NCBI GenBank assembly: GCA_013265495.1
Contig: MU058252.1
Location: 840,244-904,243 of the forward strand
Origin: Vicugna vicugna
Taxonomy: Eukaryota
Length of the DNA stretch: 64,000 nt
Direction of reading: 5' to 3'
Position 1 is the stretch's first letter. Each line of letters begins with the position of its first letter. Of the stretch, positions 35,485 through 49,713 are shown piece after piece. The notes beneath the pieces were generated by a model. That model saw nothing but the letters and a program-made list of their open reading frames with translations. It searched no databases and was not told the DNA's origin. The translations under genes were made by a program, and so were the position numbers.

Positions 35485-36516
35485 ACCTTGTTCTGATGCA
35501 AGCAACCCATACATGATGCCACCTTTAGAGAAACAGGACACCCTGGTGTAGGTCTGGTCTGACGTTCCTTCCCCTTAGAGGTGGTGCCTGATGGGACATT
35601 TGAGAATTTCAGGGTCCCCGTCCGGGAATCTGGGGGTGCCCCTTCGGGCATCCAGACATCAGTGTAGAACACACTCCCGATCTGGCTTCATACATGTAGT
35701 TCCCAACTGCGTGTCTCCCGTAATGTCTGGTGAGGACCACTCTCACGTGACATTTGTGCACGTCCACGTAAGTTCGGTTATCATCGGGGATGACTTTAGG
35801 GGTGCTGGGAACAAAAGCCCAAGCCACCAAAAAAGAAAATAAAAAGAAAAGAAAGAAGACAGTCCCCCGACCTTTCCTTTTAAGTCACGGAGACCAAACC
35901 TGCACTCTGTCCCAGCCTCACAGATCAAGGAAAGCTCCAACCTGCAGGTCTTGATGCAGATCCAACCCGGAGAGAAGGGAGGACCAGCCCAGACCTCCGA
36001 CACCCAAGGGCAAGAACGTTTTCCAAATCACTGTCTTCCTGCACAGGAACTTCCTACGTCATCGGAAGGAGCCGTAAAGACTAGGGAGACGCACTGAGAC
36101 ACAGGCCAGGAGAAGATAAGCTCCATCTGCTTGCTGGTTCGCTTGTCCATTTCCAGTTGTGATCAACAGCGCTCAACTGAGAACGTCTTATCCTTAGATC
36201 ACAAGAACCCAGGAGCGTCAAGAACCCTCTTAATCACACATTTCCTTGCCTTGTTTGCTAACAAATCAATCCAAGCTACAGAGGTTCTAAGGCAGAAAAA
36301 GTCAGGATCTGCCAGACACAGGTGCATTCAAATCCGCCAAATACCGAGCCACGAGCACAGGGCGCCGCACCGGGCAGAGCAAAGCAGGGCCTGGGCTCTG
36401 GCCCTGGGCACGGGCCCGGCGTTATCCTCACACCACCAGTGTTTTCAGGGAAGGCTGGAGGCCAGCATTTCATGTGGCTGTCCTGACAACACACACGGTG
36501 AGTATCGGGGTGTTCA

Positions 36517-37068
<552 letters not shown>

Positions 37069-37340
37069 TCACTTGGCACCTGTGCTCCCACCGTCCACGT
37101 GCCCAGCCCGAGAGCATCCTTGTGGTCTTCCACGGACAGAGGCGGCCTGCGGGGAGCACAGACCCGAGGCCAGCCCGTCCCAGGCCGGTCAGCACCACCA
37201 GCAGGCCCATTGGCCTGCGTCTCGCTCTCTAGAAGGGGCTTCCGGGAGGCCGGGGAGGCTGGGCAGGGCAGCAAGAGCGCTCACATCGGCTCCTTCCCCC
37301 TTTATCCTGCTTGCGGGTCTGTCTCCTGGCCTTCACTTCT

Positions 37341-37520
37341 TGTTTGTTTTTTTTTTAAACTAGCTTTTTTAAAAAAAACCTTAAAAACATTTTAAACCTT
37401 TACTTATTTGGGGGGGTAATTAGGTTTATTCATTTATTTTTGATGGAGGTACTGGGGGTTGAACTCAGGAACTCATGCCTGCTAAGCATGTACTCTACCC
37501 CTGAGCTATACCCTCCCCTC
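37341..37520 (-). mobile_element. Camelid tRNA-derived SINE in PRKAG2 intron 2
   Basis: Perfect 15-bp TSD ctggccttcacttct at 37326-37340 and 37524-37538. Confidence 0.9.
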
Positions 37521-39869
37521 TTTCTGGCCTTCACTTCTCAAGACATTTGTCCTTCTCGAGGTCTGACTGCACTGGGATAATGCTCTCCTGCCCCCCTTCA
37601 AAGGAGGAAACACAAATCTGTATGCTCGAAAGGCAGTAGGACTGGGGCTCCATCCAGAGGGGCCCTGGCGTGGAAAGTGATGAGTTTTTCACCTCCAAGC
37701 TGCCCCGGCAGTGGAATGGCGGGGGGGTAAGGGTGACAGAGGTCGGGCAGGAAGTTAATGAGGCCAAGAATATCTCAGGCTCACTTCAGCGATGACTTGA
37801 AATTGTAGATATGGTTTGAAAAATGGCTGGACTCTGTATTTAAGCCAAAGCACACAACTCATAGACTCGAGGAATTTCGAATGTATCCTGCTGGTGGGTT
37901 TAGGAGCATCTGAGTGCCTGGGTCTGACCACGGCTCGTCCATCACTGGGCATTCTTAGACTCACTAAGCCTCAGTCTCCTCGTATGTGAAATCAGGGGCC
38001 ATACCCGCCCTTCAGGGCCGTCTGAAGGAGCATCAGCACAGATGTGATGCACAGGAATCATGCTCTGAGCGTTAAACAGCTGCTGCCTCATTGGGAAACC
38101 TGCAACGTAGGAGCCAGACAGGCCCACCCAGCTCTGCAGCACGAGAGAAAAACGACTCATCCACTGGGCTCTGGGCAAGGACGCGGCCTGGCAGGAGTTT
38201 CCAGCACACTGAGACCCTGGGTCCATGTGGCTGGTGACCACCGGTGTGCGGGGAAGGGATCTGTCCCTTTGAGGGGCCTGCCAGACCCGGGACCCCTGTG
38301 AGCTCTCCCACCACTAGAGGGCGCCCCATGCTGGGCTCGCAGTTCCTTAAAGGAAGTGATGCCCTCGTTGGGGCGCCACCTTCAGTGACCCTCAACCACA
38401 CATCCCCTCCTCCTCGCTGGACCCTAAGGGACCAGTGTGGCCGTGGGGGTGGGAGATAGAGGATGCGCAATAATCTCCTTGCCCAGGGGCCTTCTGAGGC
38501 AGAGAGGCTGAGCTCCACCAGAGCCTTGTAACTCAAGCAGACAGCAAAGTTCACGTTTCTCTTTCTCTAACCATTTGATGGGAAAAGCATTTAGAGTCTC
38601 CATTTCCAGAGCATTTGGTTCAGCCACCATTCATCTACCTCTGAGACTCAGGCTTTCTGGAGCTTTTCTGAATCCTAAGAATGGCTGACACGGGGAAGAT
38701 TTTGCAGTTGTGGGCGGGGTCTGCCTGTGAACATGGGGTGTGAGCAGCAGACACAGGGACGGAGACGACCCCACAGCAGGTGCGACAAGAAAGACTCTGG
38801 ACAAAGACACAGGAGTTTGAATCCCAGCTGGGCTTCCAGCAGTGACAAGTGACTGGAGGCAGTGCCATCTATCCAATGGGACCCCTAGGCTGCCTGCCCC
38901 ACCCCGGCGCGGTGCGGATGATGGACATGCCACAGGGGAAGCACCCTGCACAGCTCCGGGCATGCAGTGAGTACTCCATGCTCTCTGGTCAGCTCTCATC
39001 ATCATGAATTTGGTACCAATAGGTCCTTGTTACCCGTGGGGTGTGCGGGAGGCAGGGCTGATTCACAGAAAGGCTCCCTGTGCTGGCTTCGTGATTAAAA
39101 TGCTCCTAATAAGAATACTTTGAACAGATATATTGGTAAGACTTAACAGAGACTTGCAAGTCCTAAAGAAAAGAAAATGAACATGTACACTGGTAAATAT
39201 CAACTACTGTGTCAAACTTTGAAAGGATAAGACCACCATGGTGAATGGTAGATCTCTGTGCTCTAGGAAACTGTACTGAAACAACACACTTTTCCAAATT
39301 ATCACTATAAGTATAATTTCAAAGATGAACATTTTTACAGTATTTTCAGTTTTATTATAAAAATGTGCGCACACACACACACAAACCCCTTATCCTCCTT
39401 TAAGGGCAAGCACGGAGGCTCTTCAGCAAGGGGATGGTGCAGTCAGACCTAATTAGGGCAGACATTCTAGGAGCCTCTCGGCATCACCCTCTGAGGGTCA
39501 CGGAGCTGGAAGTGGGGGATGGGACCTCAGGCCCGTGGCTTTAACCCTCATTCCATACGTCTCCTAACAGCAGCAGAAACAGCTGGGAGGGGAAGCAGCC
39601 TGCACAGGTGAAAGGGAAGAGGAGTCAAGGTCAAGTCTGAGGGCAGAGGTAGGGAGTCGCGATGCTAGGCTAACCCCACAGACATCCTCTTCATCCCGCA
39701 CCGTGAGCTCCGCCTGGGGAGGAGGGAGATTTGCTGAGCAGGTGCTGACGTTCGTTCCAGCCAGGGACAAAAAGGCAGTTGAGGGTCCCCACTAGGACTC
39801 GTGCTGAGGGAGTCTTGCCTCAGTGGCAGCTCTAGTGAGCCGTGAGAAGCTGTGAGGAAGTGGCCTTAC

Positions 39870-39941
39870 CTTGCGAGAAGAATGCTTTTCTGAACTCTCC
39901 AGGTCTCCATCCAGGAGCGGCATGGCAAAGGCACTCAGGTC
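39870..39941 (-). CDS. PRKAG2: PRKAG2 exon 2, 72 nt, [24 protein letters not shown]
   Basis: Acceptor ctctctttctgtcctag|GAC, donor AAG|gtaagg, phase 0-0. Close to recalled human [24 protein letters not shown]. Contains the internal ATG (39923-39921, gccATGc) used by the MPLLDG-starting isoform. Not in the ORF track. Confidence 0.96.
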
Positions 39942-41128
39942 CTAGGACAGAAAGAGAGCACGAAGTCAATGACCTGGGCCCTCCTGTGCCCGCCCGTCTG
40001 GCCTCATCCAGGGGCCCACATGGCTCTGCGTGTGCATCACCATCCCCTCCTGAGTCTCCCTCCAATGCCAACCACTGGGGATGAATGAGGACGGCCAAGA
40101 AGGTAACCGAAGGGGTAGAGATGCCAGCTGCTCGCAGATCCTGACCTCTCTGCACATTCCCTTCCTCCCATCACCCCAGGGAAGGAGCAGGGAGACTAAG
40201 GAGGCCAGGACTAGAGGCAGGAAGGGAAAGAGCAGGAGAGGAAAGCGGGGGAGGGGAGAACAGAGCCCATCTCGGGGCTTCGGGGAGTGACCGACGGGCA
40301 GGACTTCATCTCATGACCTGAACCTGGTGCAAGGATGTGAGTCCCACTGGGACAGATGACAGGGCCGGCGGCGTGGGCGGGGTGGGATGGGGGTGGGGGT
40401 GTCGAGTGGGGGTGCTGACAGCTGGGGCAAAGTGGTCAGTAAAGCCTGATGACATTGTGGTCCAGAGAAGTGGCCTTGGGGGAGTAGCTCGCTGCAGACT
40501 CGTCATGTCTGAAATGAAGTCATCATGTCACCCTCTGTCCTCCAGTATCTTGGCCGGTGAACAGCTCCACATCCCAGGAACAAACCCCACCTGGACTGGA
40601 GAACCTGCTGCATCCCTTTCTTTTCTTCTCTTTCTTCCTTTTTTTTTTAAATTGTAGTAAAATACATGTAACACAAGATTTACCATCTTAACCATTTTAA
40701 GTGTGCAGTTCAGTGGTGTTAAGCACATTCACACTGTTGAGCAGCCAACCTCCGGAGCCCTTTCCATTTTGCAAGCTGAAACTCTACACTCATTCAACAG
40801 TGACTCCCCAGCCCCTTCCCCAAGCCGCTGACATGCCCCCCGTCCTCCGCAGTTCTGCTCCCTGGCTCTGTGAATGTGATGACCCTAGGGACCTCACATA
40901 AGTGGAATCGTCCGCTATTTGTCTTCTGGTGACTGGCCTATTTCACTGAGCACCATGTCCTCAGGTTCATCCACGCTGTAGCCCATGTCAGGGTTCCCTT
41001 CCTTTTAAAGGCTGAGTAATGTTCCATTGTATGGATGGACCACATTTGTTTCTCGGTTCATCCATCAAGGGACACTTGTGTTGCTTCCACCTTCTGGCCA
41101 CTGTGAATAATGCTGCTATGAACGGAAG

Positions 41129-41437
41129 TGCTAAGGTTGACCTGTGTGCCCCCCAGCAAATGCACAGGTTGAAGTGATTACTCTAAAATGACTTCAGTCC
41201 AGTGACTGGTGTCCTTATAAAAGAGAAGACTGGGAGGCAGACACAGAGGAAGACCATGTGGAAACAGGGAGAAGGTGGCCATTGATAAGCCAAGGAGAGA
41301 GGTCTCAGAAGAAACTCACCCTGCCAACGCCTTGACCTTGGACTTCTAGCCTCTAGAATTGTGAGAAAATACATTTTTGTTGTTTAAACCACCCAGTTTG
41401 TGATACTTTGCTATGGCAGCCCCAGAAAACTAATATA
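41129..41437 (+). mobile_element. MLT1A/B-like LTR nested in L1
   Basis: gactggtgtccttataaaagag...ttgaccttggacttctagcctctagaattgtgagaaaatacattt...gaaaactaatata. Confidence 0.85.
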
Positions 41438-42101
41438 ATAGGTGTACAAATCTCTCTCAGACCCTGCTTTCAATTCTCCTGGGTACCTACCCAGATGCGG
41501 AGCTGCTGGATCCTACAGTAATTTTATTTTTAATGTTTTTGAGGAACCACCATGCTGTTTCCTATAGCAGCTGCACTTTTTACATTCCCACCAAGCGTGC
41601 ACAAGGTCTCCATCTTCTCCACATCCTCACCGACACTTGTCATCTTCTGTTCGGTTTCCGTTTTTGTTTTTATGGTGGCCGTCCCAGTGGGTGTGCGACG
41701 GTAGCGCACTGTGGCTTCCATTTCCCTTGTCCTAATGTAAACTACTTGTATAACTTCTCTGGAAGAATGTCTATTCAAGAAACCCTTTGACCATTTTTTA
41801 ACCAGGTTGTTTGTTGTTGAACTGGTAGTTCTTTATAGAATATGGATGTTAACCTTTTATTTGTAAATATTTTTTTCCTCTGCTGTATGTTGCCTTTGAC
41901 TCTGACAGTGTCTTTTGGCCCCCAGAAGGTTTTAATTTTGAAGTTGTCCAGTTGATCTATTTTTACTTCGCTGCCTATGCTTTTAGTGTCATATCCAAGA
42001 AATCTTTGTCAAATTTAATGTGACAGAGCTTTCCCCCTATGTTTTTTTCTGAGTTTCAGAGTTTTAGCTCAATACTTAAGTCTTTGATCCATTTTGAGTT
42101 A

Positions 42102-42617
42102 CAGTAGTTCCCCCCTTATCAGCAGTTTTGCTTTCCAAGGTTTCAGTTGCTTAAGGTCAACTCAGGTCTGAAAATAGTTAATGGAAAATTCCAGAAATAA
42201 ACAATTCACAAATTTTAAATTTTGCACCATTCTGAGTGACTTGATGAAATCTTGTGCCGTGCCGCTCTGTCCCTCCTGGGACGTGAACCATCCCTGTGAC
42301 CAGGGTATCCCACGCTGCATATATGCTACCCCCCCATTTATTTAGTAGCCTTCTCCATTATCAGTTCGACTGCTGCAGTATCACAGTGCCTGTTTTCAAG
42401 TAACCCTTATTCTGCTTAATAATGGCTCCAAAGTGCAAGAGCGGTGATGCTGGCAATTTGGACACTGTCTTACTCTGCCTGCTTTATACACTCAGCTTTA
42501 TCGTAAGTAAGATAGATAGGAAAAAGCATCGCATATATAGGGTTCAGTACTATCCATGGTTTTAGGCATCCTCTGGGGGTCCTGGAACATATCCCCTGTG
42601 CATAAGGGGAACTACTG
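42102..42617 (+). mobile_element. MER44 (Tigger7-derived) DNA transposon nested in L1
   Basis: TIRs cagtagttccccccttat / ataaggggaactactg, with TA on the left side. Confidence 0.88.
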
Positions 42618-43729
42618 CAAATTTTGTATATGGTATAATAAAGTAAGGGTCCAACTTTATTCTTTCACATGTGGCTATCCAAATTCCAAAAAGACTATCT
42701 TTCCCCAGTGAATGGTCTTGGCACACTTGTTGAAGATCAGTTGGCCATATTCATGTGGGAGGGTGTCTATTTGGGCTCTTGATTCTATTTCATTGGTCTA
42801 TATGTCTTTTTATGCCAATACCACATTGTTTTGATGATTGCAGCTTTGTAATAAGCTTTGAGATTAGGAAGTGTGAGAACTCTTTGTTCTTTTGTTTTCC
42901 CCCAAGATTGTTTTGGCTACTTGGGGACCCTTGAGGGTTCACACAAATTTTAACATGGATTTTCTTCTATGTCTGCAAAAATATGCCATTGGGAGTTTGA
43001 TAGGAATTGCACTGAACCTGTAGATGTCTTTCGGTATTACTGATATCTTAACAATATTAAGCCTACCAATCCATGAACATGGGATGTCACTCCATTTGTT
43101 TGTGTCTTCTCTAATTTCTTTCAGCAACATTTTGTAGTTTTCTGTGTGTCTAACCTTTTTTTCAACCCACTCCATCCCCCCCACCCCTCTGCTGCTCGGG
43201 TCCAGGTCTGCCCTGTCCTTTGTCCTGCCCTCTTTGGGTTTCCTGGTTGTTCCCTGAGCCTTTCAACCTGGCTTGTTTCCAACCATCTGCAAACCTCTGC
43301 TTGGAGAGTGATCCCCAAGACCGTGGCCTCACTATGCCAGCCCCTCCCCCCGAGTCCTGGGGATTCCACCGTAGCCTAGGCAACGGCTCCCACACCTTGT
43401 CAACGGGGACATGCTGGTGAGCTCTTCCGGATGCAGATCCCAAACTCAGCCGCTCAGGCTGGCTGCACTTTAGAATCACCTGGGGAGCTTGGGTCCCACT
43501 GCAGAGGTGAGCTGATGGGTCTGCCGTGCGGTGCAGGCCTCATGGCGGTTCAGGAGGCAGCCCAGATGGGTTAGTCTTGGGAGGAGTCACAGTCAGGAGC
43601 TCTCGGCTGGGCCCTGCGGGTCCCATCCAGGCCCTGTGGGTTTGCCAACCCCCGCAGCCTTATTTCTGATGTGCTCTGCGCCCATCTCCTTCTTTTAGCA
43701 AGAGCCCAGGCAGACTCTTTACAGGTTTC

Positions 43730-43990
43730 TTTTTCTTGTTTTTAACTTTAAAAACTTTCTTTTTTGTTGTTATTTTTCAACATTTTTTGTTCTGTTTTTA
43801 TTTTTTCTTTTTAATCTTCTTTTCCCTCTTCTTTTTGTTTTCTTTCTTTTTTTTTAAGCTGTTTTTTTTGGGAGGGGTGTAATTTGGTTTATTTATTAAA
43901 AAAAAATTTTTTTAATGGAGGTACTGGGGATTGAACCCAGGATCTTGTGCGTGCTAAGCACGCACTCTGCCACTGAGCTATACCCTCTCC
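43730..43990 (-). mobile_element. Camelid tRNA-derived SINE with an extended A-rich tail
   Basis: SINE body about 43870-43990, T-rich tail 43730-43870; TSD actctttacaggttt / actcttcacagtttt. Confidence 0.88.
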
Positions 43991-45779
43991 ACTCTTCACA
44001 GTTTTTAAAACACAGCCGTGTCTGTGGACACTTTGCCTGGAATGCTGTCTCAACTCTTCAAACACGTCAGTTCAAGGCCCCTCTTTGCTACCCGTCCAAC
44101 CCCCTCCTGGGGAAAACAGACCCCTTTGGCTTCCCTTTGGCCCCTGCAGGGCTGCACCAGCCTCTAGCTCGAAACCTGGCCCAGGCAGGATATGACTTGG
44201 CTGCTGGCCCCCGTCTCCAAAGTTCCAAGCCCTTTCCTCCCGCTGGGTCGGGCTGCTCCCCCTGCCCATCCACCCCCACTCCCCAACCCTCAATCCTGGT
44301 TCATGGGGCAAACTCCCACCCTCTTGCAAAGCCCCATTCAGATATTATCTCTGACTGGGACCCCCCCACCCCAGGCAGAATTAATTATCTTATCCATATT
44401 CCTACAGCACCTTAGATGTACCTTTATTACAGGACTTATCGTGCTGTGTTACAGTCATTTATCAGCCTCTTTCCCTACGTGGACTGTGCACCGGTCAAGG
44501 GCCAGGGGAAGTATCCACCTTGCTCTTCTCTGCCTGGTGTGCACGCAGCAGGTGTGCAAAAGTGTTTGAATTCGCACGTGGATGGAGCACCCCTGGCCTG
44601 GGCAGCACGTGTTTGGGCACAGGGTCTGTGCTGATGGGCCAGCGAATGGGCAGGCCCCGCATGGCTGCAGTTCACGAGGGGAGGAGGAACCAGGTGTGGG
44701 CGCTTATCTCCCTTTTTAATGAGTACATTCCTCTCTGGTTTCAAATAATCATTACCCTCGAACATTTGTTCAGCATAGCAGTTTCTGCACGCGAAAGCCC
44801 TTTCACACACACTCGTTTGTTCCTCACGGAACCATCATGCTCTAGCGACTTCACCCTGGTGGTTAAGTGACTCAGGCCAAGGCAGTCAGACCAGGACGCA
44901 GGTCTCACCCCCATCCCAGGCTGCCTGAGGCTCCGGGCCAGCCCATGGCTGGTCCCCCGCAGCTCATCCCGCCCAGAGCGAGCTCACAGAGGATCGCCGC
45001 GCAGTGTGTTTCGCTCAGTCAAGCATCCCCGTAGCGAAGTCCTTTGGCACCAGCAGCAGGCGTTGCTGGAAGGCTCCCCCACCCCACATTCCACGATGCT
45101 AATCTCGGCTCTCACCTCCCTGAGCTCACCAGGAAACTGTGCACCTTGGAGGTGGGGTGTGGGAAACTCTCTGACTGCAGCTGTGACCGCGAGCATAACT
45201 GGGGCCTGGCCTCTTAGCTGGGCTGGCATTCCAGAAGGCCAGTCTCTGGGAGCTTGCCCTGCTCATAGGATTTCTAAAGTTTAAACTCCCACCGGAGCTC
45301 CAGGTCTCCCTCACTGCTCTGTCCACAACTCGCTGCCCCTGGACTTCCTCTCCCCGTTGGCAGACAGGCAGGCCCTCCCTGAGCCCTGGGTGAGCATTTC
45401 ACTGGGCCGTGTTGAGGTGCCAAGAGATGTTCAAGATGTGATTTCTGCTAAGAGACAGCTTTGTCCTCTGGAATTGTCCTCAGCTGCACACGCTGTATTT
45501 TCGAACTCGACCACGTGCAGAGGAGTAGCAGGGTCGCTGGGGAAAGTGAATTTCAGGGTTTGGGCTGACAGTCCCCTGTCCCCTGTCAGGAAAGCAATAG
45601 GACTGAAGAGAAAAGCCCCAGGTTTGAGAAAATCCCCAAGATATGAGCCGACCTTAAAAGTAGCTCATTCAAGCCCCCATCCCTGCCCCTGTTCAGAACT
45701 TCAGGCGAAAGCCAAAAGCCTAACACAAAAAAGTAAGGTAGCAGCAGCAGAGCTGTCAGTAACTTGCCACTCATGTCCT

Positions 45780-45960
45780 TAAAACTCCCAGTCGTTGCTT
45801 CATTTGGTCCTCAGAGCAGCCCCTCCAAGTAGGAAAGGCGAGTGGCATCATCCAGACCTACAGATGAAGATACTGAGGGTCAGAGAGGTTAAGCCACTTG
45901 CCCAATGCCAACCAGCAGCAAGCAGGCCCTATAGCCCAGGTCCACCCACTCCCACCTCCT
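45780..45960 (-). mobile_element. MIR fragment
   Basis: cagatgaagatactgagggtcagagaggttaagccacttgcccaa. Confidence 0.7.
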
Positions 45961-48900
45961 CGGATGTCTCAGCTCCAGGGACAAAAAACCACTCAGTATC
46001 AGAGGCTGTGGTGATACAGGGCTCTTCATGCAAATTTCTCCTGTTTCCGTCTTGGTAGCAGGTGTGTCGATCAGATATCATTCTGCCCTTTCAGCATTTC
46101 TGATGCTTTGTCTTACAGAACTCCTTTGTTGTTGCAGCTGGAACACCCCAGACAGAGCCCTGACAAAAGTGCAAACACAGAGGCTGCCGATGTCACGGGC
46201 TTACAGCCTGCACTGGAGGGCCAGCTAGGGCTTTTAGATGCCAGGGTCACCACAGAACATTCCTGTGCAATTACCAGTGGCTTGACTCCCACCAAGGAAG
46301 GAACACATCGAGGATGGTTTCACGCTCCGCTCCCGCTGTGCAGACCTGAGCCGACAGGGCGTCCGCGGCACCCAGTGCTGCCAGGGCTGCGGACAGCTGA
46401 CCCCAGGCGTGGCCTGGGCACCATGAGCCCGCATTCCTCCGGCACGTAAGAACATGACCTGGTCACAGAGACGGAGCTAGAAGGCCAGGCTCCAGCCCCA
46501 GCGCTGTGGTTTACTCTCTGGAGATCTGGGGGGAATCATGGGCACGTCTGAATCCAGTTTTCCGTCAAATGAGAGGGTTTAACTAGATAATTTCAGAAGA
46601 TGCCTTTCGCTCACAGTCTCTGTCGAACTAAGCAGCAGGCAGGGCCAGGAGCGTTTTAAAGGACTACCGCTGGATGGAGGAGAAAATGCTTCTGCTCCCT
46701 CCTGTGTTAGTCATAATAAAAAAGACTTTCTCCTCCTCTCAAACAACCAAATACTCTCCACTGCTCTCACAGCTCTGGGCGGAGTCTCCAGAAACAGAGG
46801 CTCCACCGACGGGGGGGACGAGGCTGAGCCCTTCACTTCTTGGCGATGCTTCATAGGTGAGGAGCTTGTGACCCAGATGCACACCTGGCTTCCTACCCTA
46901 ACTCATGTCTTGATCTGCTTTTTAAGTACTAACTGCTAGTTTCTCAATTGAGTTCTCAGGTCCGTCAATCCTAACTAAGCACCTGGGTCATTAGCACCGC
47001 ACCAGGTGCATCCCGTAGGTGTCCAGCGTGATTCTAGAAAGCCGTGAGCCCTGGGCCTGAGCCCTCAGGTTCACACATGGAGCCCCTGCCACTCCCCAGC
47101 TTCTGGCCCCCAGCTCAGGGGAGCTGCTCGCACCCCCTCACCCCTGTCTCGAGGGCCTCGGCGAGCCCTTCAGGCGGGAGGCACGAGTGAGGCATCTCCA
47201 GGTGGAGTGGCTTTTGCTCAGTCCCTCAGAACTGCCACACGGGCAATTCTTGCTACCAATGCGGGGGGTGGTGACCAGAGCCACGGTCAGTTGGAGCCTT
47301 TGAGAACAGGCACATTATGTAATCACTCTCGGAAAAATAAGGAACCAACCCTGAATCACTGGAACTCGGTGACAGGGGAGGGACAGGGGCCAAATGAGGG
47401 AAGGCCTCAACTTAGCTCCCAGAGAAGTTCCAGAATTCTTTATTTTCCACAGAGGACATCAGGGTTTCTGACTGCAGTCTGAGAGACGTCCTGGTGTAAA
47501 ACAAGAAAAGAAAACCACTCTTTTTCTCTCCCGTGGCCCCCCTCCTGCCTTCCCTCACCTGGTGGTCCCAGCTGATTCATGCAGCTGCCTGGGAGCTCCT
47601 TCCCTGCCCCCGACGGCCATGACCTCAGGACTTGGTCTGATGTGATGTTACTGACCAACCGCAGGAAGGAAGGTGCTTCAGCCCCCGTGGTGAGCAGGCC
47701 TTTCTCCGAGAGGAAGGCAGGAGTCTGGCAGCCTGACCCTCCCCGGCCTTCAGGAAGCGCCCTGTCCCACCGCGTTCCCAGCGCCTCACCCAGCAGCCTC
47801 TCTGGCTCCATAGCAGCTCCAGACAGGAAACTCTTTTCTCAACACCAGTAGCTTCAGTATCCCTAGACCAGAGTGGTCAAGAAGCCCCCATCCTCCCACA
47901 GCTCTCCCCTGACTTCTGGCATGTAGCAAATCATTCCAGCCTCCACAGGCCTCAGTTTCTCAATCTGTGAAATGAGGCTACAGTGCTTCCTGTATTGCAG
48001 GGCAGTGTGGTGAAGACCAGATCGGATGACGCAAAACAAGGCCCTTCCCAGAGTGTGAGCCCTCACACAGGCTCAGGGACTGGGAGGAGCACCGGCCGAG
48101 GACGCACCCATCACGGCCATGGAGAGGGCTCAGGGCGTCCCCCGGGGCAGCTGCCAACTTGGGAAGCCAGGCAGTCTCTCCCGCTCTACCTGGGCCTGAG
48201 ATCAGGTGAAGAGCTTCTGCAAAGACACCAGCTGCCCCTCCTCATAATCAGAGAGCGGTCTTTATCCCTTCCCCAAGCAGAAGGCAGGCTGGTTAATGAG
48301 CGGTGCCCGGCGGGCTGAGGCGGGATCACACAGAGCAGGCCACTCCCAGGGGCTCTCCTCACTGAGAGGCCGCGGCTGGGCCTGGCCTTGTGGGCAGCCT
48401 TTGCTTGACCAGAGATAAATGGAAACCTGGAAGGTCCCCGCGGCCTCCTGGCTCAATGGCTGAGGACGCTGTGCAGAGGGAAGTGGGCCTTGTGCTGAGA
48501 GATGCCTGGGGGCCCCGATTCACATCCCCAGGCACCTTCTCCGTGCCCTCCCAGTTTAGTCCCCCAAAGTGACCGCTTAAAGGCAATTAATTGTTCCCAG
48601 GCCAGGCCGAGTCCAGCCTCTGCTGATCACTGAGGATCAGAAACCTGGATGCACCAAGGTTCTTGTCGTCTTCCAGCCTGTCTGTCTTGGAAGGAGGGAG
48701 TTGGGGGGGAACAGCCTGGGTGGAGGCTGCAGGGGCCCTGGGTCAGCGCATGGTCAGCAGGGAGGTGTGTGCCCGGGGCCCAGGGGACACAAGTGAGGAG
48801 CCAGGTGGCCTGGTCCGTGTCAGCCACCACCCCAGAGACCACCAGCAGGCGTCTCCTCAGCTCCCGTCATACACGGCCTAGGCTGCAGGTGCTGCCTCAG

Positions 48901-49017
48901 TCCAGGACAATCCATCTCCACAGGTGGCACGTTGGGCCCAGGTCTGGTGATGGGAGGAGGGTTATGTTATAGGGGAGAGAGCCTTGGGCTCCATGGACTG
49001 AATCCCATCAGAGAACC

Positions 49018-49713
49018 TGTGATGGTTAATTTTATGTGTCAGCTTGGCCAGAACACAGCATCGGATGGCTTAACCAGCACTAACCTACACGCTGCTGTGA
49101 AGGTACCTGTGGACGAGGGCGGCGCCTGTAATCCGCTGAGTTTAAGTGCAGGAGATGCCCTCGTACTGCGGCTGGGCCTCGTCCACTCAGCTGAAGGCCT
49201 CAGAGCACAAACTGAGGTTTCCAAAAGAGGAAGAAACTCTGCCTCAAGATCTCAGCAGCATCTCTGGCCTGAGTTTCTGCCTGCCAGCCTGACCTGTGGA
49301 TTTAGGACTTACCAGCTCCCACAGATGCATAAGCCAATTCCTTAAAACAAATCCCTTACCACATAATATTATTTTAATATTATAATTATATTTATAATAT
49401 AAAGAACATATCAATTAATATAATATAGTGATGTATAACTTAATGACAAGTTAATATAATATGTAATATATATAATTGATGCTATTGGTTAATATCTATA
49501 TTAAGTATGCAGTGTGTGCAATTATGCTGTTGGTTAATATGTATATTAAGTATACATACTGTATACATACTGTATACTTAATATACTAATATGCGATAAT
49601 AGATACTAAAGATCTATATAACACACGTGTGTGTGTTAAGAGCAAATACGTAGCACAGAGTATGTGTCTCTCACTCTCCCCTTGGTTCTGTCTCTGGAGC
49701 CCTGGCTGATGCA
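49018..49713 (+). mobile_element. MLT2 (ERVL) solo LTR with expanded internal AT-rich tract
   Basis: Starts tgtgatggttaattttatgtgtca, ends ttggttctgtctctggagccctggctgatgca; TSD gaacc/gaaac. Confidence 0.85.

Larger units (their letters stand above)
40645..43160 (-). mobile_element. L1MB-type element (3'UTR plus ORF2 remnant) carrying nested MLT1 and MER44
   Basis: ORF 42939..43184 [32 protein letters not shown]...YRFSAIPIK is recognisable L1 ORF2p; L1 sequence resumes on both sides of each insert. Confidence 0.88.

Noticed and set aside
42939..43184. L1 ORF2-like peptide as a functional gene
   Set aside because: Short degenerate remnant in an interrupted old L1.
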